From NCBI GenBank assembly GCA_036399915.1, contig DASWME010000013.1:1724-65723 (forward strand): a stretch of DNA of 64,000 bases, in the 5' to 3' direction. The stretch comes from Thermoanaerobaculia bacterium (GTDB lineage: Bacteria; Acidobacteriota; Thermoanaerobaculia; Multivoradales; UBA5704). The notes under the pieces were generated by a model. The model did not search any database. It was not told where the DNA came from and saw only the letters and a program-made list of their open reading frames with translations. Shown here in pieces: positions 30,206 through 39,603 of this stretch (position 1 is its first letter; each line of letters starts with the position of its first letter). The position numbers and the translations under genes are program-made.

Positions 30206-31261
30206 CTACTTGGGGTAGGCCTCGATATGGACGTCCTCGAAGCGCCAGTCGTAGGAGGGGACCTCGTCCTTGACCTTGCCTTCGGGAAAGGCCATGTCGA
30301 TGATGAACCGGTCGCCTGGTCTGGTCGTCAACTGGCGGACGTTGGCGAACCCGCGGAGCAGGACCGCCTCGCCCGTGGCGGTGTCGGTGACGGTCACCTC
30401 GATCAGGCCGCGGACCATGTCGAGGTCGTTCTCGCAGTGGTAGGTGCGGCCCGGAACCGCCTGGAACGGCTTGACCAGCTTCTTCTTCTTCGGGTGGGTC
30501 AGGCCGATGCCGTAGCGGGACAGAGCGGTGTAGGCGTTGGGGCCCCGGAAGTACAGCATGCCCAACATGTCGAGGTTCCGGTTGAGCACGAACCAGTAGA
30601 CGAGGTGCTTGCCGTCTGGATCGGGGGCATACCAGGGGCCGACGGTGACGTCGAGCGACATCCTGACCCGGCCGTAGGTCCCCGGCGGGACGGCGAAGGC
30701 TACGCGCCCGACCGGCTTGGCCTTCGTCGGCTGGTGCACGAGGCCGTCGGCGTCGAAGCAGACCGCCCCCCCGCACGACGTCACGCTGGCGCTCGCCGAC
30801 AGAGCCGAGGGATCGACCACGATCACGTCACCCGTCTCCCGGTCGGAGATCAGGGCGAAGGCATAGAACTCCCGGGTGCAGCTCACGGCCGCCCGTGCCC
30901 CGGTGACGCTCGTGGCGTCCGCCAGACCCTCGAAGACTTCGGCGAGATGGCGGTGAGAGCGCGGCGCGAGGGAAACCGTGGCGACCTCGCCGAGAGCGGC
31001 GCCACCGGCGCTCGTCAGGCTCACGGTGCATTGCGCGGCGGCCCCGGAAAGGTTGACGAGCTCCAGGCCGGTGGTGCGCGTGCCGATAGCGACGAGATCT
31101 TCCAGGACCACCGTCTGGCCGGGCCTGGCCAGGGCGTCCGCGGCGATCACCGGCATGTCGGCGCTGGTTTCCCCGCCGGGCGGGGACAGGCGGGCCGTGC
31201 CCGCGTAGGCGGCCGTGGCCAGACCGGCGGCGAGGACACAGGCGAGGACAGATCGATTCAT
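30206..31261 (-). CDS. Secreted hypothetical beta-rich protein
   Basis: Signal peptide; 351-aa ORF with good RBS; no family recognised with confidence. Confidence 0.75.
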   Translation of the reverse strand: MNRSVLACVLAAGLATAAYAGTARLSPPGGETSADMPVIAADALARPGQTVVLEDLVAIGTRTTGLELVNLSGAAAQCTVSLTSAGGAALGEVATVSLAPRSHRHLAEVFEGLADATSVTGARAAVSCTREFYAFALISDRETGDVIVVDPSALSASASVTSCGGAVCFDADGLVHQPTKAKPVGRVAFAVPPGTYGRVRMSLDVTVGPWYAPDPDGKHLVYWFVLNRNLDMLGMLYFRGPNAYTALSRYGIGLTHPKKKKLVKPFQAVPGRTYHCENDLDMVRGLIEVTVTDTATGEAVLLRGFANVRQLTTRPGDRFIIDMAFPEGKVKDEVPSYDWRFEDVHIEAYPK

Positions 31262-31351
31262 GCTCAGCCTCCTGAAGGGCGGTCGAGGTCGTAGAGAGAA
31301 GTCTGGTATGGGGACCGTTCTTCGTGAGCGGTGATTATAGACGAGCGCGCC

Positions 31352-31606
31352 TCAGCTCTGCTCCCCTTCCGGCTCCTCGAGACTCTGCACGATCTGGGTG
31401 ACCTCGACCTCAGCCTTGCGGATCTTGCCGCGGCAGAGGTCGAGGAGCTGGGCGGCGCGGCGCAACTCCTCGGCGAGGCGGTCGATGTCGATCTCCTCGC
31501 CCTCGATGCGCTCGAGGATCCCCTCCAGCTCGTCCATGGCCTCGCGGAAGCTCAGAGGGGCTTCCGCGGTCACTGCCGTCGCTGTATTGTCTCGCGGTTC
31601 GCTCAT
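31352..31606 (-). CDS. xseB: Exodeoxyribonuclease VII small subunit
   Basis: SFREAMDELEGILERIE...L..C...I..AE.EV; follows xseA. Confidence 0.9.
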   Translation of the reverse strand: MSEPRDNTATAVTAEAPLSFREAMDELEGILERIEGEEIDIDRLAEELRRAAQLLDLCRGKIRKAEVEVTQIVQSLEEPEGEQS

Positions 31607-32973
31607 GACTCCTCCACTCGGCTCCTGAAGTCCCCCCCGGCGACGCGGGTGGTGACGAGGTCTCCCGGCCGCACCTGGTCCGGTCGGCGGACGACGCGGC
31701 CCGCCTCGTCGCGCGTCAGGCTGAAGCCGCGCTCCAGGGTGCGCTCCGGGGCGAGCTGCAGGCAGAGGCGCTCCAGGCCCTGCAGGGTGGCCGCCGCCTC
31801 GCGCACCCGGCCGCGGGCGGTCCCCGCGATCCGCTCGCCGGCGCGGACGCGCTCGCGCTCGCGCTCGCCCAGCCGGCGCGGCGCCAACTCGGCGAGCCGG
31901 CCGCGCAGGGCGCCCTGCCGGCGCTCGGCCTCGCGCAGGGCGCTCCGTCCCAGGCGGGCCAGGGCGCGGGCGTGCTCCTCGATCCGCCCGCCGGCGGCGG
32001 CGAGACGCATGCGGGCGAGGCTCACCCCCCGCTCGGCGCGGCCCAGCGCCTCGCGGCCGGCGCGCAGCGGCTCCAGGGCGCCCCGCGCCAGGGCCCGCCG
32101 CAGCTCCTCTACGGACTGGTCAGCGCGGGCCATCCGTTCGATCAGGAACTCGGCCACCTTGGTGGGCGTCTTGAAGGCGGTGTGGGAGACCATGTCGGCG
32201 ATGGCGCGGTCGATCTCATGCCCGAGGCCGGTCAGCACCGGGAACGGCGCGCGGGCGATGGCCTCGGCGATCGAGCGGCTGTCGAACGCCGCGAGGTCGG
32301 TGCGCGAGCCGCCGCCGCGGATCAGCACCGCGCAGTCCACCGGCAGGCCCGCCAGGGCGGCGAGCGCGGAGACCACGTCGCGCTCGGCCTCCCGCCCCTG
32401 CACCGAGGCGTGCACGAAGAGGACGCGGAAGCCGTAGCCGCTCTCGGCGAGGCCGGAGAGGAAGTCGTGGTAGGCGGCGCTGCCGTGCGAGGTGATGAGG
32501 GCGATCGCGAGCGGCAGGTCCGGCAGCGGCAGGCCGCGGTTGCGCTCCAGGAGGCCGGCGGCGGCCAGCGCCGCCAGCGTCTCCCGGCGGCGCCGCTCCA
32601 GCAGGCCGAGGGTGAAGGCCGGGTCCACCTCGCGCACGCAGAGCTGCAGGCGCCCGCCCGGCGCGTAGAAGTCGAGGCTCCCCCGGCAGCGCACCTGCAC
32701 GCCGTCGGTGAGCCGCTGCTCCGAGGCCGCGAGCAGGCGCTGGATCTTGAGGAAGTCCCCCCTCCAGATCACCGCGTCCAGCTTGCCGACGATCTCGTCG
32801 CGCTCGCCCTTCTCGACCAGCTCGAAGTAGACGTGCCCGCGGGCGCTGGGCCGCACCCGCTGCGCCTCCCCCACCACCCAGACCGAGGGGAAGGCCTCGC
32901 CGAGGAAGTCGCGCACCTCTCCACAGAGCTGCGAGACGCTGTAGGTCGGCTCGAACAGGGGGAGGACGGTCAG
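31603..32973 (-). CDS. xseA: Exodeoxyribonuclease VII large subunit (start probably upstream of GTG 32916)
   Basis: VWVVGE, GHVYF, LIRGGGS..DL..F, GLGHEID, TPTKVAE, LERGFS; YSVSQL lies upstream of the first GTG. Confidence 0.9.
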   Translation of the reverse strand: MTVLPLFEPTYSVSQLCGEVRDFLGEAFPSVWVVGEAQRVRPSARGHVYFELVEKGERDEIVGKLDAVIWRGDFLKIQRLLAASEQRLTDGVQVRCRGSLDFYAPGGRLQLCVREVDPAFTLGLLERRRRETLAALAAAGLLERNRGLPLPDLPLAIALITSHGSAAYHDFLSGLAESGYGFRVLFVHASVQGREAERDVVSALAALAGLPVDCAVLIRGGGSRTDLAAFDSRSIAEAIARAPFPVLTGLGHEIDRAIADMVSHTAFKTPTKVAEFLIERMARADQSVEELRRALARGALEPLRAGREALGRAERGVSLARMRLAAAGGRIEEHARALARLGRSALREAERRQGALRGRLAELAPRRLGERERERVRAGERIAGTARGRVREAAATLQGLERLCLQLAPERTLERGFSLTRDEAGRVVRRPDQVRPGDLVTTRVAGGDFRSRVEES

Positions 32974-33021
32974 GCTTACGCTCCCGGAGCGGCCGGCCGG
33001 CGGATCAGCCGGCCCGGCGGC

Positions 33022-33570
33022 TCAATGATACGACTTCAGCTCCTTGCTCGACGAAAGCGGGATCGACTCCGCCCACTCCACGGCCTTCTTCTCCCCAGCC
33101 GTCAGCTTGCCGAGGAAGTCCACCGCCTCGTCGCGCTCGCGGAACAGGCGCCAGATGAAGGTGTGGCCGGCGGGCGCCGTGAAGTAGGTGTAGTGCCTGG
33201 CCCCGTTCGAGAGGTCGAAGCCGAGGTTGGTCTCGCCGTTGACCCCTACGCAGGCCACCGCGATGGCCCGGTAGGCGAGGGCGAGCGCCTTGACGGCGTC
33301 CTCGTAGTCCCCCAGCTCCTCGCGCGAGAGCGGCGAGTGGTAGACGGCGATCCTGGCGCCGTCCTCCTCGGCCAGCAGGTTGTAGGGAATGTCGTGGCGG
33401 TCCATCGCGTCCCTGGTCTCGCTGGTGGTGACGAAGACGTCCTCCGTCCCCGCGACCTTGTAGGTGATCGCGTAGACCTCCCTGTCCAACTGGGCGAACG
33501 TCTCGGCGAGGATGCTCTCGTCCTCGATCGTGAAGTAGTAGAGGCGGTTCATCATGCGTCGTGCTGCCAT
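33022..33570 (-). CDS. Hypothetical protein
   Basis: 182-aa globular-looking ORF with GGAGG upstream. Confidence 0.75.
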   Translation of the reverse strand: MAARRMMNRLYYFTIEDESILAETFAQLDREVYAITYKVAGTEDVFVTTSETRDAMDRHDIPYNLLAEEDGARIAVYHSPLSREELGDYEDAVKALALAYRAIAVACVGVNGETNLGFDLSNGARHYTYFTAPAGHTFIWRLFRERDEAVDFLGKLTAGEKKAVEWAESIPLSSSKELKSYH

Positions 33571-33735
33571 CTTCAGTGAATCCTCCAGAGTGATCTCTCC
33601 GTTGCCGGTCTGTACGGCTGCCGCGGGGCGGACCCGGGAACCCGGTCAAAAAGCCTGTACGGGTGGAACGGGGTGGCGGGCGAGGTCTTTTCTGCGCCCC
33701 GGCGCCTGATTGTATCAAACCGTCACACCCACCCG

Positions 33736-34335
33736 TCATAATTCCGCCACCGGACGGTAGTGGGGCGGCTCCGGCAGGAGGAGACCGAGCAGGAAACCGG
33801 CCGCGCAGCCGCCAAGGTGGGCGGCGTTGTCGATGCCCGGCGTCGAGAAGCCGAGGAAGACGTTGACGCCGGCCCAGAAGAGGAGCTGCAGGAGGAGCGA
33901 CCTGGCCTGAGGGGTGAGGACGTCCCGCCGCTTCAGGAGGAAGGCGATGAGGGCGCCCATCAGCCCGAAGATGGCCCCGGAGGCGCCGGCGGAGAGGTCC
34001 GCCCGGCTGAACATCACGCTGGTGATGGAGCCGGCGATCCCGCTGATGAAGTAGACCAGGAGCAGCCACCCGGACCCCAGCAGGATCTCGAACAGGGCGC
34101 CGAGCTGGTAGAGCGCCCAGCCGTTCACCAGCAGGTGGAAGAAACCGATGTGGAGGAACATGCTGGCCACCAGCCGCCAGTACTGGCCCCCCCGGACCAG
34201 AGATGGGACGTTGGCCCCCAGGGTCACCAGCGCCCGCTCATCGGTCGAGCCGCCCAGGAGCGTCTCGGTCAGGAACAGGATTCCGATCATGACGAGGAGA
34301 AAGGTCGTGACGGGAGTCCGCCGGCCGAGGAGCAT
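33736..34335 (-). CDS. Rhomboid family intramembrane serine protease
   Basis: YWRL..SMFLH...H...N, GASGAIFG, NAAHLGG. Confidence 0.9.
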   Translation of the reverse strand: MLLGRRTPVTTFLLVMIGILFLTETLLGGSTDERALVTLGANVPSLVRGGQYWRLVASMFLHIGFFHLLVNGWALYQLGALFEILLGSGWLLLVYFISGIAGSITSVMFSRADLSAGASGAIFGLMGALIAFLLKRRDVLTPQARSLLLQLLFWAGVNVFLGFSTPGIDNAAHLGGCAAGFLLGLLLPEPPHYRPVAEL

Positions 34336-34368
34336 GGGGGCGATGGTATCGCGTTTTGCGCGAGATCT

Positions 34369-36957
34369 TTACGGATAGATCCCCCGCGACACCCGCGCCT
34401 TGAGCCCCCGCTTCACCCGCACCTCGACCGGCCGGAACCCATTGGGGTCCGCCGGTCGGTCGGAGCTGTAGGCCAGGAAATAGCGGCTGCGCAGCTCCTC
34501 GCTGATGCGGCCGTAGACGCCCGCCAGCTCCTCGGCGCGGTCGATGAAGAAGGCCCGGCCGCCGGTCGCCTCCGCCAGCTCGGCGAGCTTGCTCCTGGCA
34601 CCGAGCTTCAGCTCGGAGAGGCCGAGCCCGATCGTATAGATGGCGACGCCGCTCCGGCGGGCGTAGGAGAGCGCGTCCTCCCAGGAGGTGCTGCTGAAGG
34701 TGTCGTCGCCGTCGGTCAGCAGCACCAGGGCGCGCTGCCCCCGCTCGGCGCGGAAGTAGTAGAGGGCGGTGATGACGGCGTCGTAGAGCGCCGTGCGGCC
34801 GAACGCCCGCAGGCCCTCCAGCGACAGGCTCACCGCCTCGGCGTCGTCCACCGGCGGTATCAGGAGCACAGGGCGGGAGGAGAAGCCGAGAGTGAAGCAG
34901 CGGTCCTTCGGGGTGAGCAGGTTGTGCACGAAGCCGGCGGCGGCCCGCTCGGCCTCGGCCAGCGAAGATGCCATCGAGAAGGAGGTGTCGATGGCGATCC
35001 CCAGCGACAGCGGCAGGTCCACCTGCTCGAAGCGGACGATCTTCTGCGGCCTGCCGGCCTCGAGCACCTCGAAGTCCGACGCCGGGAGTCCCCGCACCGG
35101 GTGGCCGGAGGAGTCGAGGACCGTGGCGAAGAGCTCCACCAGGTCCACCTCGACCTCGCCCAGGTTGGCCGGCGCGCGCAGGAAGCGCACGTCCTCGGCC
35201 TGGCTGCCGTCGTCGAGCCGCGCCATGACGGTGAGATAGGCGAGGTCCCCTGCGGACGGCACCTCGATCTCCCGCTGCCAGGGGGGGTCGGCGAGGGTGG
35301 CGACCGTGCGGTCGTTGACGCGGAACTCGACGCTCTCGACCCGCCGCTCCTCGGGCACCACCACCTCGGCCCGCGCCAGGACCTTGCCCGCCGCGCGGCG
35401 GCCCCGCGGCGGATCGGTGATCAGCACCCGCAGCCGGCCGCGCGCCTGGTTGAGCACCACCTGGTCCCAGGCCACCAGGCCGCCTTCGGCGTCGTAGCCC
35501 TCGACGCGCACCACCTGCTCGTGGGGGACCTCGGCCAGCCGCAGCTCGGCCGAGTAGGGCGGCCGGGTGCGCGAAAGCTGGGGCTGGCCGTCCACCAGGA
35601 AGGCCACTCTGGCGATGCGGCGGCCCGAGACCACCGCCTCGGCCCGCCAGACGCCGAGCACCACTTCGGAGGGGGGCGGTACCAGCAGCAGCGTGTCGGG
35701 CCCGGTGACGCCGCCCGGCCGCACCGTCTCGCCGCCCAGGGCCCTGGCCGTCAGCTCGGGGGAGATGTGCCGCTCCGGCCGCTCCGGGACACGGAAGCCG
35801 CGGACGACGGCGGTCTCGGCGCCGCTGGTCTCGTCCCTGACCCGCAGCCGCAGCACGAAGCTCTGTCCCGGGCGGAGCGCCCGCTCCAGCAGCAGGGCGG
35901 CGGGCGCGCCAGGCGCTGGCGGCGGCACCTGGTAGCGCACCCGGAAGTCTTCGAAGACGGCGTCTCCACGCTCGACGACGCCGTCGACGGTGAGGCGCAC
36001 CCGCTGCCGGCCGCCCCCGGTGTCCGCGGCCGCCATGCCGGCGGCGGACGGCAGGCTCAACAGCGCGCGGGCGAGGAGGCGCTGGCCCTGGCGGGAGGGG
36101 AAGTCGAGGTCCAGCCCGCCCAGCTCCAGGGGCTCCGGCGCGGGCGGCAGCGGCGTCGCCGCCGCCTCGCGGGCCCAGGCGGCGAGGCCGGGGGGACCCC
36201 ACAGCAGCGCGATCCGGTTCTCCGGACGCACCCAGCGGAAGTCGCGGGCCGCCTCCGCCGGGCGGTCGCTGGCGCCGTAGGTGGCGGCGCTCAAGTCCTG
36301 CGTCGTGCCGTCTCCCAGTCCGTCGATCCCGGTGACGCGGTCCACCCGCTTGGAATCGGGGCAGAAGAAGCGGTCGAGGCGCTTGCCGGGCAGGCGCGCC
36401 AGGTCCGCCTGGAGGAGCCAGAACTCCATCTCGCTGGTGTAGAGGGCGCGCTTCGAGTCGATGGGCAGCCAGAGCCGGAACGGCTCGTCCGAGGAAGGGC
36501 GGTAGAGGATCAGCTCCTTCGCGGCGCCGTCCACGGTTGGATAGGACCAGATCTCCAGCGGCTTGAAGGCGGCGGCGCAGTCCACCACCCGCCGCTCCGC
36601 CGGCCGGCCGCGCAGGAAGACGAGCTGGGCCCGCGCGTCGCGCGGCGAGGGGAACTCGCCGGCCACGAGGCGCCGGCGGCGCTCGATCCCCTGGCGCAGC
36701 TCGTTGCCGGGCGTTTCGGGGATTGGATCCCGGTCGAGGAATTCGCGGATGAACCGCTCGCGCCCGGCTTCGTCCAGGGCCGCCAGCGCCTGGCGCTGCT
36801 CGGGCGGGAGCAGCAGCCCCGGACCGTCCTGGAAGAACGCCCGCTGCGGCTCGGGCCAGAGGGTGGGGTCGGAGGGAGAGGGCGATTGGGCGAGGGCGGG
36901 GAGGGCGAGGAGGAGAAGGGAGAGGCCGATCCGGCCGGGGGAGTGAGGGCCCCTCAC
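34369..36957 (-). CDS. Exported VWA-domain protein (GWxTD-like N-domain, Ig-like modules), paralog 1
   Basis: RDP.PETPGNE..R, LEIWSY; MIDAS DTSFSM / T / LLTDGDD. Confidence 0.85.
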   Translation of the reverse strand: MRGPHSPGRIGLSLLLLALPALAQSPSPSDPTLWPEPQRAFFQDGPGLLLPPEQRQALAALDEAGRERFIREFLDRDPIPETPGNELRQGIERRRRLVAGEFPSPRDARAQLVFLRGRPAERRVVDCAAAFKPLEIWSYPTVDGAAKELILYRPSSDEPFRLWLPIDSKRALYTSEMEFWLLQADLARLPGKRLDRFFCPDSKRVDRVTGIDGLGDGTTQDLSAATYGASDRPAEAARDFRWVRPENRIALLWGPPGLAAWAREAAATPLPPAPEPLELGGLDLDFPSRQGQRLLARALLSLPSAAGMAAADTGGGRQRVRLTVDGVVERGDAVFEDFRVRYQVPPPAPGAPAALLLERALRPGQSFVLRLRVRDETSGAETAVVRGFRVPERPERHISPELTARALGGETVRPGGVTGPDTLLLVPPPSEVVLGVWRAEAVVSGRRIARVAFLVDGQPQLSRTRPPYSAELRLAEVPHEQVVRVEGYDAEGGLVAWDQVVLNQARGRLRVLITDPPRGRRAAGKVLARAEVVVPEERRVESVEFRVNDRTVATLADPPWQREIEVPSAGDLAYLTVMARLDDGSQAEDVRFLRAPANLGEVEVDLVELFATVLDSSGHPVRGLPASDFEVLEAGRPQKIVRFEQVDLPLSLGIAIDTSFSMASSLAEAERAAAGFVHNLLTPKDRCFTLGFSSRPVLLIPPVDDAEAVSLSLEGLRAFGRTALYDAVITALYYFRAERGQRALVLLTDGDDTFSSTSWEDALSYARRSGVAIYTIGLGLSELKLGARSKLAELAEATGGRAFFIDRAEELAGVYGRISEELRSRYFLAYSSDRPADPNGFRPVEVRVKRGLKARVSRGIYP

Positions 36958-39506
36958 GGGTAATACCCCCGCGCCGTCCGCGCCTTGAGGCCTCCCTTCT
37001 TGAGCTTGACGTCTACCGTACGGAACCCGCCCTGGCCGCCGATCTCGGTGGAGTTGTAGGCCACCAGGTAGCGGCTGCGCAGCTCGTTCTCGATCTGCTT
37101 ATAGATGCCCGGCAGCTCCTCGGCGTTGTGGGTGAAGAAGACCCGGCCGCCGGTAGCCTTGGCGAACTCCTCGAGCTTGGCGTGGACCGCGGCCTCGAAC
37201 GGCGGCAGGTTGAGACCGATGGCGTAGATGGCGACCCCGCTCCTGCGAGCGTACTCCAGGGCGTCCTTGTAGTTGATGTTGCTCGCGTTGTCGTCGCCGT
37301 CCGAGAGCAGCACCAGGGCCCGTTGACCCTGGACGCCGCGGAAGTAGTAGAGGCTGTGCACCAGGGCGTCATGCAGCGCCGTATCGCCCACGGCCTGGAG
37401 CCCTTCGATGGCCTGCACCACGGCGCCCACGTCGTCCGTGGGCGGCATCTCCAGCCGCGGCCGGCGGGCGAAGCTCACGGCGAAGGCCTTGTCGCGCGGC
37501 GTCAGGACGCCCTCCAGGAACCCGGCGGCGGCCTTCTGCGTGTCCACCATGGAGCCGGCCATGGACCCCGAGGTGTCGATCAGCACGCCGACGACCAGCG
37601 GCAGGTTCTGCACCAGCTCGAACTTGGCGATCTCCTGCGGCTTGCCCGACTCGTAGACCTCGAAGTCCTCCTGCTTCAAGTCGCGCACGAGGTTGCCGGA
37701 GCGGTCCGTCACCGCCACGTACAGCTCCACCAGGTTGACGTCCACCTCCGACACGTACTGCGGCGACTTCAGGTAGCGCACGGCCTCGGCCCGGGTGCCG
37801 TCGTCCAGGGTGGCCAGCACCGTGAGGTAGACGAGGTCGGCGTCGGCCGGCACGGAGACCTCGGCCTGCCACGGCGGCTTGGTGAGGGAAGCCACCGCAC
37901 GGTCGTTGACGCGGAACTCCAACGACTGGATGCGCCGGCCGTCGGGCACCACCACCTCGGCGCGGGCCAGGGTGCGCCCCTGGACCTTGACGCCCTTGCC
38001 CGGCGAGACGATGCGCACGTTGAAGGCGCCGCGCGGCTGGTTGAGGATCACCTCGTCGGCGGCCACCAGCTTGCCCTCGGCGTCGTACCCCTGGGCACGG
38101 ACGGTCTGCTCGGTGGGGAAGCGCTCCAGCCGCACCTCGACCGCGAAGGGGCGCCTGGCGACGGTGAGCTGGGGCTTGCCGTCCACCAGGAACGTCACCT
38201 TCTGAATGCGCTCGCCGGTCACGATCGCCTCGGTACGCCAGAGCCCCACCAGGATGTCCTCGGCCGGCGGCAGCAGGATCAGGCTGTCCGGGCCGGCCAC
38301 GGTTGAGACCGGCACCAGCTCGCCCGAGGCGGCGTTGGCGGGCCTGGGCTCGGGCGTCGGCTCCGACGGCACCCGGAAGCCCCGCGAGATCCTCGCTTCG
38401 CCGCCGCCCACCTCGTCATGGACCTTGAGCCGCATCACGTAGTTCGACTTCGGGCGCAACGGCCGGTCGATGGCCAGCACGACCGGCTCCCCCGGCTTCG
38501 GGACGGGGTGCTGGAAGCGCATCCTGAAGTCTTCGAGCGGCTGGCCTTCCTGCTCCACCAGCCCCTCGACGATCAGGCGGATCCCCGGCTTGCCCTCCTG
38601 GACTGTCTTGAACCCGGCATCCGCCGGCAGGGTGACCAGGGCGCGGGTCACCAGGCGCTGGCCCTCGCGGTCGGGGAAGCGGAGCTCCGCCGAGGCGACC
38701 TTGAGGTCCGGCGACGGCGAGGGCAGCTCGGTGGCCGCGGCTTCGCGCGCCCAGCGGGCGAGGTCGGCCGGCGGCGCCAGCAACGGGGAAGCGTCCTTCG
38801 GCCGGACCCGCACGCCTCTGCCCGCGTGGGCCCCGGTCAGTCCGGGAACGCCGGTGGCCTGGTCGACGGTCTTCGCCTCCTTGCAGTTCTGGAGGTCGAA
38901 GCGCACGGCGCGGAACGTCTTGCCATGCTGCTCCTCCCACTGCTCGAGCCAGTACTCCATGAGCGGCGTGTAGAGCGCCCGCTTCGAGTCGCTGGGCAGC
39001 CAGAGGCGGTAGGGCTCCCCCTTGCCGGGCGTGTAGACCACGGCCTGCCGCTGCAGCGGCTTGCCGTCCGGGCCGATCCCGCCGCCGCGGTAGGTCCAGA
39101 CCTCCAGCGGCTTGAAGACCGCGCCGCAGTCCACCACCCGCCGGTCCTCGGGCATCCCGTTCAGGAACAGGAGCTGGGCCCGCACGTCCCGCGGCGAGAG
39201 GAACTGGTCCTCGGCCAGCCGCTGGCGGCGCGCGACGCCTTCGCGCAGCTCGTTGGCCTTGGTCTCGGGGACCGGGTCGCGGTCCAGGAACTCCCGGATC
39301 CAGCGGGCCCGCGCCTCGGGGTTGAAGCTGCGCAGGTCGGTGCGCTGCTCCGGCGTGAGGAGCAATCCGGGGCCGTCCTGGAGGAAGGCCCGCTCCGGCT
39401 CGGGCCAGAGGGTCGGATCGTTCTCCTGCAGGCCCTCGGCCCCCAGGGGCGCGAACGGGAGAAGGATGAAAAGGAGGAGGAAGAACAGCGGGATCCGGTA
39501 TCTCAC
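36954..39506 (-). CDS. Exported VWA-domain protein (GWxTD-like N-domain, Ig-like modules), paralog 2
   Basis: Colinear with paralog 1; DTSGSM, TALHD, LLSDGDD. Confidence 0.85.
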   Translation of the reverse strand: MRYRIPLFFLLLFILLPFAPLGAEGLQENDPTLWPEPERAFLQDGPGLLLTPEQRTDLRSFNPEARARWIREFLDRDPVPETKANELREGVARRQRLAEDQFLSPRDVRAQLLFLNGMPEDRRVVDCGAVFKPLEVWTYRGGGIGPDGKPLQRQAVVYTPGKGEPYRLWLPSDSKRALYTPLMEYWLEQWEEQHGKTFRAVRFDLQNCKEAKTVDQATGVPGLTGAHAGRGVRVRPKDASPLLAPPADLARWAREAAATELPSPSPDLKVASAELRFPDREGQRLVTRALVTLPADAGFKTVQEGKPGIRLIVEGLVEQEGQPLEDFRMRFQHPVPKPGEPVVLAIDRPLRPKSNYVMRLKVHDEVGGGEARISRGFRVPSEPTPEPRPANAASGELVPVSTVAGPDSLILLPPAEDILVGLWRTEAIVTGERIQKVTFLVDGKPQLTVARRPFAVEVRLERFPTEQTVRAQGYDAEGKLVAADEVILNQPRGAFNVRIVSPGKGVKVQGRTLARAEVVVPDGRRIQSLEFRVNDRAVASLTKPPWQAEVSVPADADLVYLTVLATLDDGTRAEAVRYLKSPQYVSEVDVNLVELYVAVTDRSGNLVRDLKQEDFEVYESGKPQEIAKFELVQNLPLVVGVLIDTSGSMAGSMVDTQKAAAGFLEGVLTPRDKAFAVSFARRPRLEMPPTDDVGAVVQAIEGLQAVGDTALHDALVHSLYYFRGVQGQRALVLLSDGDDNASNINYKDALEYARRSGVAIYAIGLNLPPFEAAVHAKLEEFAKATGGRVFFTHNAEELPGIYKQIENELRSRYLVAYNSTEIGGQGGFRTVDVKLKKGGLKARTARGYYP

Positions 39507-39603
39507 GCGCGGCCTCGATGCACGCCCGGTGCCACTCCATCACCCCATCCGAACGACCGGGTTGGCACGGTTTCGCGGAAAGACTACTATGGGCGGGTTC
39601 GCC

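Noticed and set aside
33000-33024. Selenocysteine or read-through fusion of the 33022-33570 gene into xseA (in-frame TGA)
   Set aside because: No evidence for a SECIS or a conserved Cys/Sec position; frame match has a 1/3 chance probability; a CTG start is simpler
39562-39580. Sigma54-like TGGCACG...GC upstream of the yhaM-like gene
   Set aside because: GG-to-GC spacing is one base shorter than the strict -24/-12 requirement
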